From: Psammoneis japonica
Lineage: Eukaryota
Assembly (NCBI GenBank): GCA_008632985.1
Contig: QPGO01000016.1
Location: 282,840 to 346,839 of the forward strand
DNA: 64,000 bases
Reading direction: 5' to 3'
Shown: piece by piece, positions 10,693-24,049 of the stretch
Layout of the letters: each line of letters begins with the position of its first letter
Numbering within the stretch: position 1 is the stretch's first letter
The notes under the pieces: model-generated
Database searches by the model: none
The model's input: the letters and a program-made list of their open reading frames with translations, nothing else
What the model was told of the DNA's origin: nothing
Translations under genes and position numbers: made by a program

Positions 10693-13600
10693 ATGGTTCT
10701 CACTCGTCAGCAACAAACTGATGGTTTCGAGCACCTTGTTGGAACCGTGCTTGCCCAAGGTGCTGGAAGCCCTCTTCGTTTGGCTTTGACCCACGACGGC
10801 ACGGACTCGCATCAAGAACTGTTCACGTTCATGCCGTCCCAAATCAACTCGCTTGAGTGCGACAACGGCACCAATGTGATCTCTTTGTCCCATGGTTATG
10901 AGAACATGTCAGCAGCTCTAGTCAGTCTGCACATTGTCAAAGCACACAAAGGTCTTGATGTTGCCAATGACTCCTCGTTGTTCACGCATGAGGAGTTCCT
11001 TGCCTGCCGCCTCAGCCCCAACTGCATGTCGTCTGTGTCCGTCGGCAGCTCGCCCCTCGCACCTCCGCATGTCACGAACCCGACCAAGGCACGTGACCCG
11101 GTGCGAGACTTCAAGCGAGGCATCAAGCGTGACCCCACTGCTTTCACGGCTCTCAAATCCAACAAGCAGTGGCACACTTGGCACACCTCACTTGTGGCAC
11201 AAGCCCATGCCCAAGACGTCGAGTGCACCCTAGACTCGTCGTACAAACCGACCAGCCCCGAAGACAAACTGCTCTTTGCTGAACAGCAAAAGCACATGTT
11301 CGCCATCTTCGAACGCATCCTTCTCACCAACAAGGGCAAGGCTCTCATTCGCGAAAATGTGGGGTCTTCTGACCCCCAGACCGTCCACCGCGCCTTGTCC
11401 GAGTGTGCGCTTGCCTCCACCCGCGCATCTGTCGAGTCCTCCACCTTGCTCACGCACCTTGCCACCGCACGTCTTGGTGATGGTGCTTGGAAAGGTCCGA
11501 CCCACGGGTTCATCCTTCATTGGCAGGATCATTTGCGCAAGTGCGAGGCACTCATCCCGGCCAGTGACCACTTCTCTGAAGGACAGAAGCGCGTCATGCT
11601 CGAGAATGCCGCACATCCTGTCGAGGAACTCCGCGCCATCAAGAACCAAGCTGATCAGCATCGCGCGCAGAGTGGCAAGAGCCTCACACATGATCAACAT
11701 TGTGGCTTGCTCCTCTCCGCGGCGGCCCAATGCGACAGCGCGTTTCAACCCAAGACAACACCTCGAGCTCCCCGACACACCACATGCGCGCACAACGTCC
11801 ACTCCGAGGAGCCATCCGATGATGTGTTCCATGACATCAACAGCGACATTGACGTCCTTCAGGCCAACGCTGCCTGCACTCGCGGTCCCAGCCTCACCGG
11901 TGACCAATGGAAATGTCTCCCCCCCGACCACCAACGGATTTGGGATTCGTTGCCCCACTCCTCCAAGGCGATCATCCTTGAGCATTCTCGTCCGCCTCCC
12001 CGCAACCCGCGAGCCAGCAACTGCCATGAGTCCGTTGCGGCCAACCTTCACAACCAACAACTTGGGAGCGACGGTGATGTCAACTTGTCCAACACGACTC
12101 CTGCTGACTCTGGTGACCCCGCTCCAAATGTGGACGCCACTTCAGACAATCCCATCCTGGTGCACCTCACCAATCGCAAGCCACTGCCACCCGGTGATCT
12201 GCACCACCTGTTGTCTCCTGACCAAGCCTCCAATGCCAGTCGACTGGGCCCATCCGCCACTCCCTCTACCTTGCCTGCTCCCACAGATGACGTGGAACTC
12301 AACGGCCGCACTTGCCGCCGCGTTGACAACCACAATGTCGTTTGCTCTGCCTCCGCTCATCGCTCCACACGCGCTGGTGCTCCAGTCGATCGTGGAGCCA
12401 ACGGCGGCGTTGCTGGCGATGACGTTCGCGTCATTGCATGCACCTCTTGCCAAGTCAATGTTCAGGGCATTGACGACCATCAATTGGTGGACATCCCCAT
12501 TGTCACCGCTGGTGCCGTCATTGAGACACAGCGTGGTCCCGTCATCGCCATCCTCCATCAGTGCACATGCATGGGAAAGGGCAAGACCATTCACTCCTGC
12601 GGCCAGCTCGAATGGTGCAAACATGATGTCAACGATTGCTCTGTCAAGGTGCCCAACAGCTTGCAACGCACCGCCACCCCTGATGGCTGTGTCATCCCAA
12701 TTGACATCAAGGGCAGCCTGCCTTGCACTGCCATGCGACCCTGCACTGACGCCGAATGGGACACCCTGCCCCATGTCATCCTCACTGGTGATGACACATG
12801 GGACCCTTCCGTCCTTGATCACTCTGTCACTGACGACGACCAGTGGCACGACGCGATCTCTGACCTGCAGGACGATCCCACTGCCAACCTGTTTGATGAA
12901 TGTGGCAACTGCCGTCACCGTGTCGTTGTCAACAAGGCCATCATGTCCGCCTCCTTCTCTGCCGATCACGCGTCCGCCCTCGATGACCACCTCATTCCGA
13001 ATGACGACGTGTTCTGCGAGTGTCATCTGCACGCGATTGACCCCAAGGATGACAATGTTCCAACCCCGGAGCGCACTGTGCAGCCCAAGGACCCCCCCTT
13101 CGAGTCTCTTCGGCCTTGCTTTGGCTTCCTGCCTGCCGATGCGGTCCGTCGCACTTTTGACTGCACCGCGCAGTGCGTCCGCATGCCCGCCGGCACACAC
13201 CTTAGGAAGGCCTGCAAATCACCCAACCCCACCCTTAATGTGCACCGCCGCAACGAGCCTGTTGCCACTGACACCATTTGTGCCGACACCCCGGCCATCG
13301 ACTCTGGTCACACCAGCGCCCAACTGTTTGTTGGCACCGAGTCTACCGTCACTGACGTCTGCGGCACCAAAACGGACAAGGAGTTTGTCAACACACTCGA
13401 GGATCAGATCCGTGAGCGTGGTGCTCCATCCAAACTCATTGGCGACCGTGCTCAAGTTGAGATCAGCAACAAGGTGCTCGGGATCCTACGAGCCCTCTTT
13501 GTCTCCAGCTGGCAAAGTGAGCCTCACCAGCAACACCAAAACTTTGCCGAACGTCAATGCCAGACCGTGAAGCACATGGCAAACACTGTCATGGACCGTT

Positions 13601-16600
13601 TCAGTTCGCCTGCCCACACATGGCTGCTGGCGCTCATGTGCGTGTGCTTCATGCTCAACCACACAGCATCCCCACATCTCCACTGGCGCACGCCCCTCGA
13701 GACTCTCACTGGCTCCACCCCGGACATCAGCCCATTGCTTCGCTTTCACTGGTGGGAACCTGTGTGCTTCCACCTCGATGACTCCAATTGGCCGTCCGAA
13801 TCCCGTGAGTTGTGCGGACGCTTTGTTGGCATTGCTGAGCACGTCGGCCACCAGATGACCTTCAAGATTCTCTCTGACGACACTCAGAAGATCCTCTGCC
13901 GGTCCAACGTACGATCCGCTGCCACCGATCCTGCCGTTTGAAACCTGCATCTTGATCCTCCTGATGGGGAGCCACCTGAACCCATCATCAAATCTTGCCA
14001 TGACGACAACCCCGTCGATTCACCCAATGGGGAGATCAGGACACCCAAGATGCCAGTTTTTGATCCGCAAGACATCATCGGACGCACCTTCCTCATGCAG
14101 CCACAAGAGGACGGACAATGCCACAGAGCTCGCATCGTCAAGGCCGTTGAAGACCACGAATGGAAAGTGAACGGCAACCCTGAGCTCACTGAGTTCGTCT
14201 GCTCTGTCAACAACGATGAATGCGAGGAAGTCCTGGCCTGCAAGGACATCATGAATCACATTGAGCAAGAAGACGAAGACACTGCTGTTTGGAAATTTCG
14301 ACGCATTGTGTCACACGAAGGACCTCTGAAGCCTCATGACCCAACCTGGAAAGGCTCAAGCTACAACATCATGCTTCAATGGGAAAGTGGGGAGATCACG
14401 TCCGAGCCTCTTGCCATCATCGCCAAGGACGACCCTGTCACCTGCGCCATCCATGCACGAGAGAACGGACTTCTCGACACTGATGGCTGGAAGCGGTTCC
14501 GCACCATCGCGAGGCGCCAGAAGAAGCTGTTCCGCATGGCCAACCAAGCCAAGCTTCGCTCCTTCCGCACTGCACCTCGCTGCAAGTGCGGACACGAAGT
14601 TCCCCGGAACTGCAAACACGCCATGTCACTGGACGAACGCAACGGCAACCGCAAATGGGGAGACGCAACTAATCTCGAGATGGACCAACTCGATGAACAC
14701 GAAGTCATTCATGACTGCGGGCCCTCCGAGTCTTCCACTCCTCCTGCAGGACACAAGAAGATCCGAGTGCACCCGGCGCACGACGTGAAACATGACGGCA
14801 GCCACAAGGCACGACTCACAGCCGATGGGCACCTCACAGATGCACCCATCGACAGTGTCTGCTCCGGAGCAGTCTCCCTCCGTGGCCTTCGGCTGATGAT
14901 TTTCCTGGCCGAACTCAATGAGTTGGAGACATGGGCCACCAACATTGGCAATGCCCACCTTGAAGCCACCACCAAGGAGAAGCTGTGCATCGTAGCTGGA
15001 CCCGAATTTGGCAAACTCGAAGGCCACATTCTTGTCATCCACAAGGCCCTGCATGGACTGCGCAGCTCCGGCCTCTGCTGGCACGAGCGCTTCGCCGACT
15101 GCCTGCAAGCTGAAGGTTTCTTCCCCTGCCGTGCCGAACCCGACATTTGGATGTGCAGGAACGGCGACCACTGCGAATGCATTGCCGTTTGTGTGGATGA
15201 CCTCGCCATTGCCATGAAGGATCCTCAATCTTTTGTCGACACTCTCACGGAAAAGTGCAAGTTCAAGCTTGAGGGCACGGGACCGATTGAGTTCCATCCA
15301 GGCTGTGACTTTTCCCAGGATCCTGACGGTGCCTTGTGCCTGTCTCTGCGCAAGCACATCGAACGCATGGTCGACAGCTGCACACGACTGTTTGGGGAGA
15401 AACCTGCCACCAACGCCCTGTCACCTCTGGAGAAGGGTGACCACCCCGAACTGGACACTTCCGAACTGCTGGGGCCTGATGGCATTCAACAGCTCCAGTC
15501 TCTTGTTGGTTCACTCCAATGGGCAGTGTCCCTTGGCCGAGTTGACATTGCCACGGCCATCATGTCACTCTCTAGCTTCCGAGCTGCGCCCCGTCAAGGC
15601 CACTTGGATCGTGCCAAACGCGTCTGTGGGTGCCTCTCCAAGATGCGACACGGCGCTCTCCACGTTTGCACGGAAGAGCCCGACTGTTCGGATCTCCCTG
15701 CTCCGGCCCATGAATGGATGCATTCCGTGTGCGGCGAGGCAGAAGAGATGATCCTGAAGGACGCTCCACCGCCCCTTGGCAAGTTCGTCACCAGACGTGT
15801 TCCAGTCCCAGGTGACGCACAAAACAACAATCAGATTTTGAATGTAATTTATGCACATTTTAGCGCACACAGCATTTTGACAAAAATGCTCAAAGGGATT
15901 GACTTTTGTGGGCTTCTAGAGCATGAACATTTAAATGGTTTTTTGAGGGGCATTCAAATCCTCATGGGACATGTGTCACAAACTTCCTCAGCAGACTCAA
16001 TGCTGATTGTGCGCCAGCAGATTTACACTGAGATTCTTTTGCAGGTAGAAAACCTGCCAAGTGGCATCGCAGGAAGACACATTTAGGTGACATCCAAATG
16101 ACGGCAATGTTTTCGCCGAAAATCATCCGTTGTGTTACGAATCTTTTCACGCAATGAAAAACACAGATGGCACAACAACAATGACATTGCAACACTCACA
16201 TGAGTCTTGTCAGTGTTGCAAAACATTTGTGTTTGTACAAATCTGTGCTTTTGGTGGTGAAAGTTCGATCGCAAGTTAGGGACCGCGCAAAAATCGTGCA
16301 AATGTCGTTTTTGTGCACGATTTGGTTCACGTGCGGCTGGAACACGTCACCACCACCCACTGCGTCAATGCAAACTTGCACCATTGCATGCTCACCGGAT
16401 GCTCTGTCATGGGAATGCTCCACTTCCTCAACAAATTCCCTGCTGATTGGTTCTCTAAGAAGCAAGCCACCATGGAGACTGCGACCTGCGGGTCTGAATT
16501 TGTTGCCGCAAGGACTTGTGTCGAGCAGATTGTCGACCTGCGCATCACCCTGCGCTGCCTCGGCGTCCCGATCCGTGACATCAGTTGCATGTTCGGTGAC

Positions 16601-16921
16601 AACAAGTCAGTTGTGGACAGTGCCACCATCCCGCACTCCAAGTTACACAAGCGACACACCGCACTGTCGTTCCACCGTGTGCGTGAGGCAATTGCCTCTG
16701 GTCACCTTGAGCTCCACTTCATCGAAGGATCCCGCAACCCTGCTGACATTCTCAGCAAGCATTGGGGTTGCTCCCAAGTCTGGGACCTTCTCCACCCCCT
16801 CATGTTCTGGAACTTCATTCCATCCGAAGTCGAATCTGTTTCTGTGACTCCTCAAGCAAACTGGGGAGTGACAGGATTTGAGCAGGATTTGGGTGCGCGC
16901 GAAATGTCGCGCACTGTTTAG
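10693..16921 (+). pseudogene. Copia gag-pol polyprotein, inactivated
   Basis: gag FKRGIKRD; protease VDRGANGG; integrase VATDT..GDRAQVE..SEPHQQHQNFAE; RT KARL, NIGNAHL, KALHGL, VCVDD; RNase H SKKQATMETATCGSEF..NPADILSK. In-frame TGA at 13939-13941 (likely CGA->TGA) and an insertion at 15794-16348. Confidence 0.95.
15794..16348. mobile_element. Non-autonomous TIR element with 4-bp TSD, inserted at the start of RNase H
   Basis: 12-bp TIR GACGTGTTCCAG; TSD ACCA (15790-15793, 16349-16352); removing it restores the frame GKFVTTTHCVNANL. Confidence 0.9.
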
Positions 16922-17144
16922 TTTGCCGCGCACAGTTTTGTGTGCTTTAGTTCCACACGTTCACACGCAATGTAGTTTGCTTTCGAGCCACAAGGCTCAC
17001 AAGAATGACAACAGTGGCCCAATCATGCCGACTTGCACGTCTTTCGGCTCCTGCAACGGTCTCTGAGCGGAGACTCATCTGCCATTTAGACAGCAGCAAG
17101 GAGTTGTTGTTTGAATTCTTGCCATTTGCCTTCAATTTCTGTCA
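16869..17144 (+). repeat. 3' LTR (276 bp)
   Basis: TG...CA ends, preceded by the PPT and followed by the TSD. Confidence 0.96.
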
Positions 17145-17536
17145 AAAGCATCCGTGATCAACTTGTGAACCAGATCAATGTCCTCACTATTTTCGTCGAT
17201 CATCATCCACAGCGCATAGACTGACAGACAGTGTCGGAGGGAGTTCTCGCTCGCGCGCTCGAATGCCGCGCGATGTCGGAATGACGTGTTCCGGATAGGG
17301 GCAATAGGTGTGTGACGCGACGCGTCGTGCAATTTTCCGTTTTCGGTGTGTGAACTTTACAGATTTTTTTCTTGCATACATACATAACTTTCTCATGTTG
17401 CGATTGCAGCAATGGCGTCGTTGTTTTGTTGTCATCGTCCATAGAGAGCGTCTTGTGTGCATCGTGTCTAGTGTGTAACTCTATGTATGCGTCCTTTGAT
17501 ACTGATATTTTTATATAGATAAGTTTTGAAAGTAAA

Positions 17537-19014
17537 ATGGGAAATAATCAATCCTCGTCACAAGAACAAACAAACAGCGACAACGCTCCACCGCCGCAGC
17601 TCCTCCACCTCGTCCCAAACACTTGCTTTGGGGTTGTGAAACGGCCGACGAACACTATGCCGCCATGGAAGAGGCTTGTCGACTCGCGAGCGAGTATCAT
17701 GGAGCAAAGGGTCTCGAACAATTGGGATTTGAGTATCGCATGGTTCACGCGCACCCGTGCGATTGTGGAGCTCATTCAGATGTCGATGTCGAATCGTGGA
17801 GTGATGACGACAATTCTGTAGCAGCCGAGGAGGAGTATGAATCTGAAACAGAAGAATTCATGATTCCACTGGGAGAAGCCATCAAGGATCATTTACCCCC
17901 AGAGGGTGGGACGTTTGTGGAAATGGAACGATCCGCGTCGGGCAACATTCGAACACCACCGATTATGCATAGAACACAGAGCTCGGCAAGTCTCTTTTCA
18001 CTTGCAACTCATCATTCCATGGGAAGCAGTGTTACATCGTCCTCCGAACAGTTGGGTCCACCCATGCATATTGTACAGGGTCATGAGCATAATAACGTGG
18101 ATCACGAAACGTGTGCCATTCGATTGTTTCATGTTGCATCTGGCGTCTTGGTGACGGAAAAGAATCATCAAACATTTGTGGCACACGGGAAAATGTATGA
18201 CGAAATTGCACGACTGTGTATGGAATTTGCACAAGATTTGATTATAAGTGAAGGCGATTTGGAATGGATGACGATTCGCAACGAGGAACCCAAAATTCGT
18301 GCACTCGTGAGTCGAGATTGCTCTCGCAAACGGACGCTTCTCGTCGTGACGGGAAAGGGCAAGGTGGGTGCTGGTATTTTTTCACGACGGCTCCTCATGA
18401 CGCTGGGGATCGAACCAGCGTCGGCCTTGCCCTTTGTACGAGAAGCGGTAGCCCGAGACATGAACATTGTCGTGTTGGATCCCAATTGTCATGGGACACA
18501 GACCGCCATGCAAGTGGTCGAAACGAGTTTGGAGAGGCTGTTTTGTAAACAATGCAATGATGAATTTTACTTGCTCGCGCACAGCATGGCCGGGTCTCAA
18601 CTTGTACGATATTTGCTCAACAAGGCGGAAAGTACCGTGACTGAGAACAAACCCGCTCGGAATGCCGCAAACGAAACGGCTCCTGCCGTGGATCAATGCG
18701 TCAGGCAATTCAAAGCGGTCGCCTTTACAGATTCCAACCACAATATCAATTGGGTCAAAAAGTACCCATCCATATCTAACTTTTTAGTGGGCCCCCGCAG
18801 TTTGTACATCAAGTCGCACAAGGTGCATCAAGATGCCAAGGCACTCGGAGAGGCACACCATGACTGTCAGTACTGGCGGCATCGATTTGGTGAAATTCGA
18901 ACCCTTTGGGCAGGGACCAAGGAACACGCTTTAACCAATTACACGGCACGATTTCACATTTGGAGGCATTTTGATTCGTTCCTCAATGACGATGGTGACG
19001 ACGGCGTGGAATAG
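17537..19014 (+). CDS. Arb2/FAM172A-like alpha/beta-hydrolase-fold protein; one frameshift near 17590
   Basis: LLVVTGKGKVGAGIFSRRLL..SALPFVREA..IVVLDPN, AHSMAG and VAFTDS match the FAM172/Arb2 pattern; the MGNNQSS start (myristoylation-like) is in another frame. Confidence 0.8.
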
Positions 19015-19188
19015 CTAGCTACAGTAGACTACAGAGGTTGCCACGGAGGCGGCATTTTCAACAATCATTTCTCTAACTTGTACATTATTAAGCATGATTG
19101 TTGCCCAACCGATACGGTACTTTATACTTTATTGCTTTTGTGCTTGATCGGATCCATATATGTTTACCCTACTAATCTGCATCTTTGC

Positions 19189-22100
19189 CTAGTCCATTTT
19201 CGACAAGCTCTTTCGTGACATTTGTTTCGCCAAGAGCTTAAAGTATTCTTCATCCTTTTCTTTGGTTTCGGCACACTGTACAAGCCTATTGAGCTTGATC
19301 CCGGCCCGCATACTCAAGTGAAACACTCGAGAATAAAGCATGCCACGGCGCACTCCAAGCCTCACAGTATCCCACTTGGAAGCCGGAGACTCTTTCCACA
19401 GAGCAGCTTCAATCTCCTCGGGCGTAAACGTCCTGGCGCTCTTAATTCTGCTATCGCTTTCCTTTGTCTCGAATTCCGTAGGTGCCAACAAGACAACCAT
19501 TGCATTGATCACAAACTGCCACACAAGGCCACCGGCTCCTGCGGCAACACAAAATAGCCATTCTTTAGCGGTAAGCCCTCCGGCAACAAGGTTGACGGCC
19601 TCACCGCCAAACTCTACAATGAGAATCTGGAAGGCAAACGTTGTCACCATGACGGCCATAAACATTGGGTTCGAAAAGAGTCCCTGGAAAATGTTCCATT
19701 CCGATATTTCCGTCCTGAGTTTGGCGGCGGTCGGAAGGCGACGCGCGTTGAACTCGTTGAAGAGCTGTAGCATGACAAATACGTTGAAAAATACGGACCA
19801 ATTGAGGGAACCCCTCTTCGGCTCAAACTCAATGGAAGGCTCAATAATCGGCAGAGTACCCGGTGCAAACAACACCCAACTTAGAATTGCAATCTGGTAG
19901 ATGGAATGACCAATAATATTACCAGTCATGATAGGTCTGTAGTCAGCAACAAGGAAAAGGGAACATGGGTTAGCGCCGCGCATTTTGTAGAAAGTATGGC
20001 TGACCATAGCATTGCTATTGCATACTTACGAAATCACGGGTCTGCGTTTGCCATACTATAAACGTAAGGAGAAGCGAAGCAAAGAAAAATGGTTAGCGGT
20101 TTGCAATGGTAGACCACGATTGAAGCGAACTTGTTGTTTGTGATACTTACCGGCATTCGATCTAGGAGCTCTTTTGTGGGTTGTTCCGTCGCCAAGGCTA
20201 GAGAAGCCAAGCTGTCCATAATCATGTTCACCCACAACATTTGCACGGCGCTAAGCGGGGATTCGTTGTAGGTAAAGGCTCCAATGACTGCCAGAGTGAT
20301 TGCAACAACATTGACCGTAAGTTGAAACTGGATAAACTTGGAAATGGAATCGAAAACATTTCTTCCCCACATGACGGCCTTGATAATCGATGCAAAGTTG
20401 TCGTCGAGAAGGATAATATCACATGCCTGCTTTGCCGTCTCGGTTCCTGCAATACCCATGGCGAACCCCACATTTGCGGATTTGAGCGCGGGAGCATCGT
20501 TTGTACCGTCTCCTGTGACAGCAACAACTGTAGAGAGAATCAGGGTACTTGTAAGAGCCTGTTCTTGCTCCATTTTCGTCTCACATACCGACACACAAAC
20601 TTACCTTGGTAGTCCGGGAAGATCCTAATTCCGTGTTCACGATACAACGCTGCGCATCGAGCCTCGTCGAGAAACACTCTGCTCCTGCGCATTCCACGCA
20701 CCAACGTGAGCTAAAGTAAAAAACGAAATAGGGAGAGACGGTGTTAAGTAAGGGTCAGTCACAGAAAAGCATTGCAAGACACGCCTTCATACCTTATCTT
20801 CAGGTTGGCACCGAGCAAGCACGCGAAGAGTCGGCCACAACTTGTCAAACGCCTGCTGGTCCAACACCTTGTTGCCGTCTTCGTCCAGCAAGAATGGCTC
20901 GGCAAGTTTGTCAACAGCGTCATTGATATCGGGATCGAAAACGCGCCTCACAATTTTGGGCTTTTGGGGATCCTTTCGATGCACGCGATCGTCAAATTCA
21001 GCCCCCGTCATGGCGAAGTCCTCCTTTGGCTCCCCCGAGCTTTTCAGGTCCGAGTCCCGGAGAATACGACAACCCTTGGCAATGGCAATCGCCGTCGAGA
21101 GTGCATCACCGGTACACATGCGCACGTCAATACCAGCCTTGTGGCACTCCGAAATCGCTCCAGGCACCGACGCCCTCAAGGGGTCTTCAATGCCCACGAC
21201 GGCGAGAAGCGTCATTTCCGTTTCAAGGTCTCCCGACTTGTCCCAACCTCCCGACCTGCTTGGCTGGTCTTTAAAGTCACGATAGGCGATCGCTAGAGTA
21301 CGAAGACCTTTGTCTTGCCATTCCGACACGAGCTTCATAATGGATTGCTTTGCATCATCCCGAAGAGAATCGGACTGGGGAACACCCTTGTCGTTGATGC
21401 TGGTTGCAATCGACGAGCACGCGTCAAAGATTTGCTGTGGCGCACCTTGCTGTAAAGACGAAACTTTCCAGAATACGATAGATGAGACGAAGATGCGCTG
21501 ACAATCCACGACATGCGCTTCCTCTCGGACGAGAATGGGATGCAATGAACACCCCAATCCAACATGGACGAGCCATCCCGAAAGGGCTTTCGGACCTCCT
21601 CCGCGTCAAAACCCAGCTGCTGAGTAAGCTTGATAAGCGCACAGTCTGTGGGATTTCCTTCGTAGAGAGACTCGCCATTTTCCTTTTGCGTCACCTTGGA
21701 TGTTGCCGCCACATTGAGCAAAATTGCCTCGACGAGTAGCTCAGACTTGGCCTTGCTACTTCCAAACTCCTTTGTCATGATGGAACCTAGCGTATTATCC
21801 AATGCCGTCGACTCTCCCACAACATGCTCATAGACATTTCCGGCATATCGTGCCTTCATGGTTGTCATTTTGTTTTCTGTCAATGTTCCCGTCTTGTCAC
21901 TACAAATGGTGGTGGCACTTCCCATGGTTTCACAACTATCCATGTGTTTGACTTGATTGGCATCCTTCATCATGCGTCGCATCGATACGGCAAGGGCAAG
22001 CGTTACCGCCAATGGAAGGCCTTCGGGGACAGCCACCACCAATATCGTCACGGCTGTAATGAAATACTCGAGAATCGTGGACACGTCTTCGACGGTAAAG

Positions 22101-23295
22101 TGCCGAAAACAGTCAAAGTCGTCGTTCTCGTCTTGACCCAAGGATGCCTTGCATTCTGGCAATGCCAAACACGAGTCGAAACTCAAAGCCTCGTCACACG
22201 GTCCACCAAGAATGAATTGAAAGTAAATCCATTCAAACAACATGATTAAAAAGACGAAAAGAGCCACGATGATTCCAATCTTCCCAATGTCCACAGCCAA
22301 AATATCTAGCTTTTCCATGAGTGTCGCACCATCATCTCCACCACCAAAGGTAAAAAAAGCCCGACAATACGAACCGCATCCACCACCATTTTCATCTTGC
22401 TCGTAATCATCACCATTGTCTTCTTCTTCTTCACGAATACGTGCCAAAATCTTGCCTTGAATGGAATTGGAACCTACAGCAAGCGCCATGAAGAGTCCAT
22501 CTCCCTGCATCACGTTGGTTCCAGAAATGATAAAGGGATCATCCTTTTCATCACGGCTTGCGCCGGACGAGGATGGTACAGACTTGGCAATGAGTTGCGT
22601 TTCACCCGTCAAGGCGGATTCGTCCATGTGCAAATCCTTACTGCCCTGAAACAGCACCCCATCTGCCGGTGCAATATCCCCCACGGCGAGACGAATCACA
22701 TCACCCACCACCAAGTCACGAGGATGGACCGACATGGATGTACCTCCATCTCGAACAACATTAACGTGCTTGCCATCTTCGAGTTGGATTTGTTGTTGAC
22801 GAAATTCCCGCGCCTTGGTATAATCCGTAATGGCCGCAACACTCACCACCAAACACACTGTAACAGAAATGGAAACTCCTTCGATCCATCCCTTTTCAAA
22901 GTCACGTTCAATACCCAATCCTAAAATGAGCGACACGGCAGCCGATGCGAGTAGCATGAGCATGGTGGGATCGGCCAGTGCCGTCCAAATGAGTTCCAAC
23001 AAGGACGGTTTGGTGGGAGAGGCAGAGCGTTGGAACCAAAGGTGGAGCGTTGCTGGTTGACACTGTCGTTGGATAGACCATGCTTGAGATTGCTACAGCC
23101 AATCGTGGCTGCCAATCCCTCCACACCCTGAAAGGCCGTAATGGCACCCAATTGACCTTCGGAAACAATCGTGGCGAGTCCCGTAGGGCTTGCCGAGTAT
23201 CCATCCTGGACGGCAAATGAACCATAGGCATCGTTCTTGATGGAGTTGGAGCCACTACCCAACAGGGGCTCTCGGTCACTGGAAGCGCTGCTCAT
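19189..23295 (-). CDS. P-type IIB (PMCA-like) Ca2+-ATPase; four introns, two 1-nt frameshifts (about 23012 and 21446)
   Basis: [64 protein letters not shown] introns at about 20711-20792, 20528-20605, 20057-20150 and 19937-20029. Confidence 0.95.
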
Positions 23296-24049
23296 CAGAA
23301 AAGGACTTTTTTTAATACTACAACACAATGGTATATCTAACAGCAGCACCAACAGCGACACAATACACACAGTAATGTCAAAGATGATAGGCCCTTTGCA
23401 GGTGTTGTTGTGTTGCTGTCTCGTTTCGTTATGCAGGAAAAAAAGATCGCGCAAAGATTCAATCTTATTGTATACGAAAATTCAAACATAATAATAAAGA
23501 ATTGTCTCTCAGTACGGAATTGTAAGAATGTGTTCAGGAACAGTCGCACGCACGGCGGTCAGATGTAGACGAGCGGAAGAGGTTGTTGATTGCGTTTTGC
23601 AATGATGATTTACGATTTCAGCCAGCCCTGAGCAACATTTTTTTCTGGAACAGCAGGTCTGCTCAGTTTCTAAACATGGTGACTCTCCAACAATGTGGAG
23701 TGTTGCAGTTGACCTCCACTCCCTTCTTGGTTGGCTGTTCCTTGCAGATTCTGAACTGACCGACGACAACGGCCTGCCAGCTGCTGCTGGCACAACCTCA
23801 GAGGTGCACGCCAGGACAGTGATGGCAACATGGCACCAGTCAGAAAAAAAACTGAGTGAAGAGTGATCCATGAGATCCTTTGACAACCAAATGTGCCAAC
23901 GTGTGTCCACTGGGTGTGTGACCACATGGTTGTGAAATGAGAAGAGAAAACTGTGAGGCAGATTGGCACGAGAGAGCTGCCAACTGGCCAACAGCAGATG
24001 AGGGGGGCACAACCACACAGCAGCCATTCAATGAAAGTGCCCCATCAAT

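Larger units (their letters stand above)
7638..17144 (+). mobile_element. Full-length Ty1/copia (CoDi-like) LTR retrotransposon with three nested insertions
   Basis: LTRs TGACAG...CTGTCA at both ends; 5-bp TSD AAAGC (7633-7637 and 17145-17149); PPT GGGGAG at 16863-16868; gag-PR-IN-RT-RH order. Confidence 0.97.

Noticed and set aside
10693..16830. Alternative genetic code, RNA editing or DGR-type mutagenesis as the cause of Tyr loss
   Set aside because: Neighbouring genes use Tyr normally; changes occur on both strands, are context-specific transitions and also affect non-coding LTRs and TIRs.
6270..17185. Classical RIP or CpG decay as the sole explanation
   Set aside because: Both are C->T processes that would keep or raise TpA; here TpA is lost while CpG stays abundant in pol.
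17283..17294. GACGTGTTCCGG resembling the GAC-type TIR
   Set aside because: No partner TIR or TSD found nearby.
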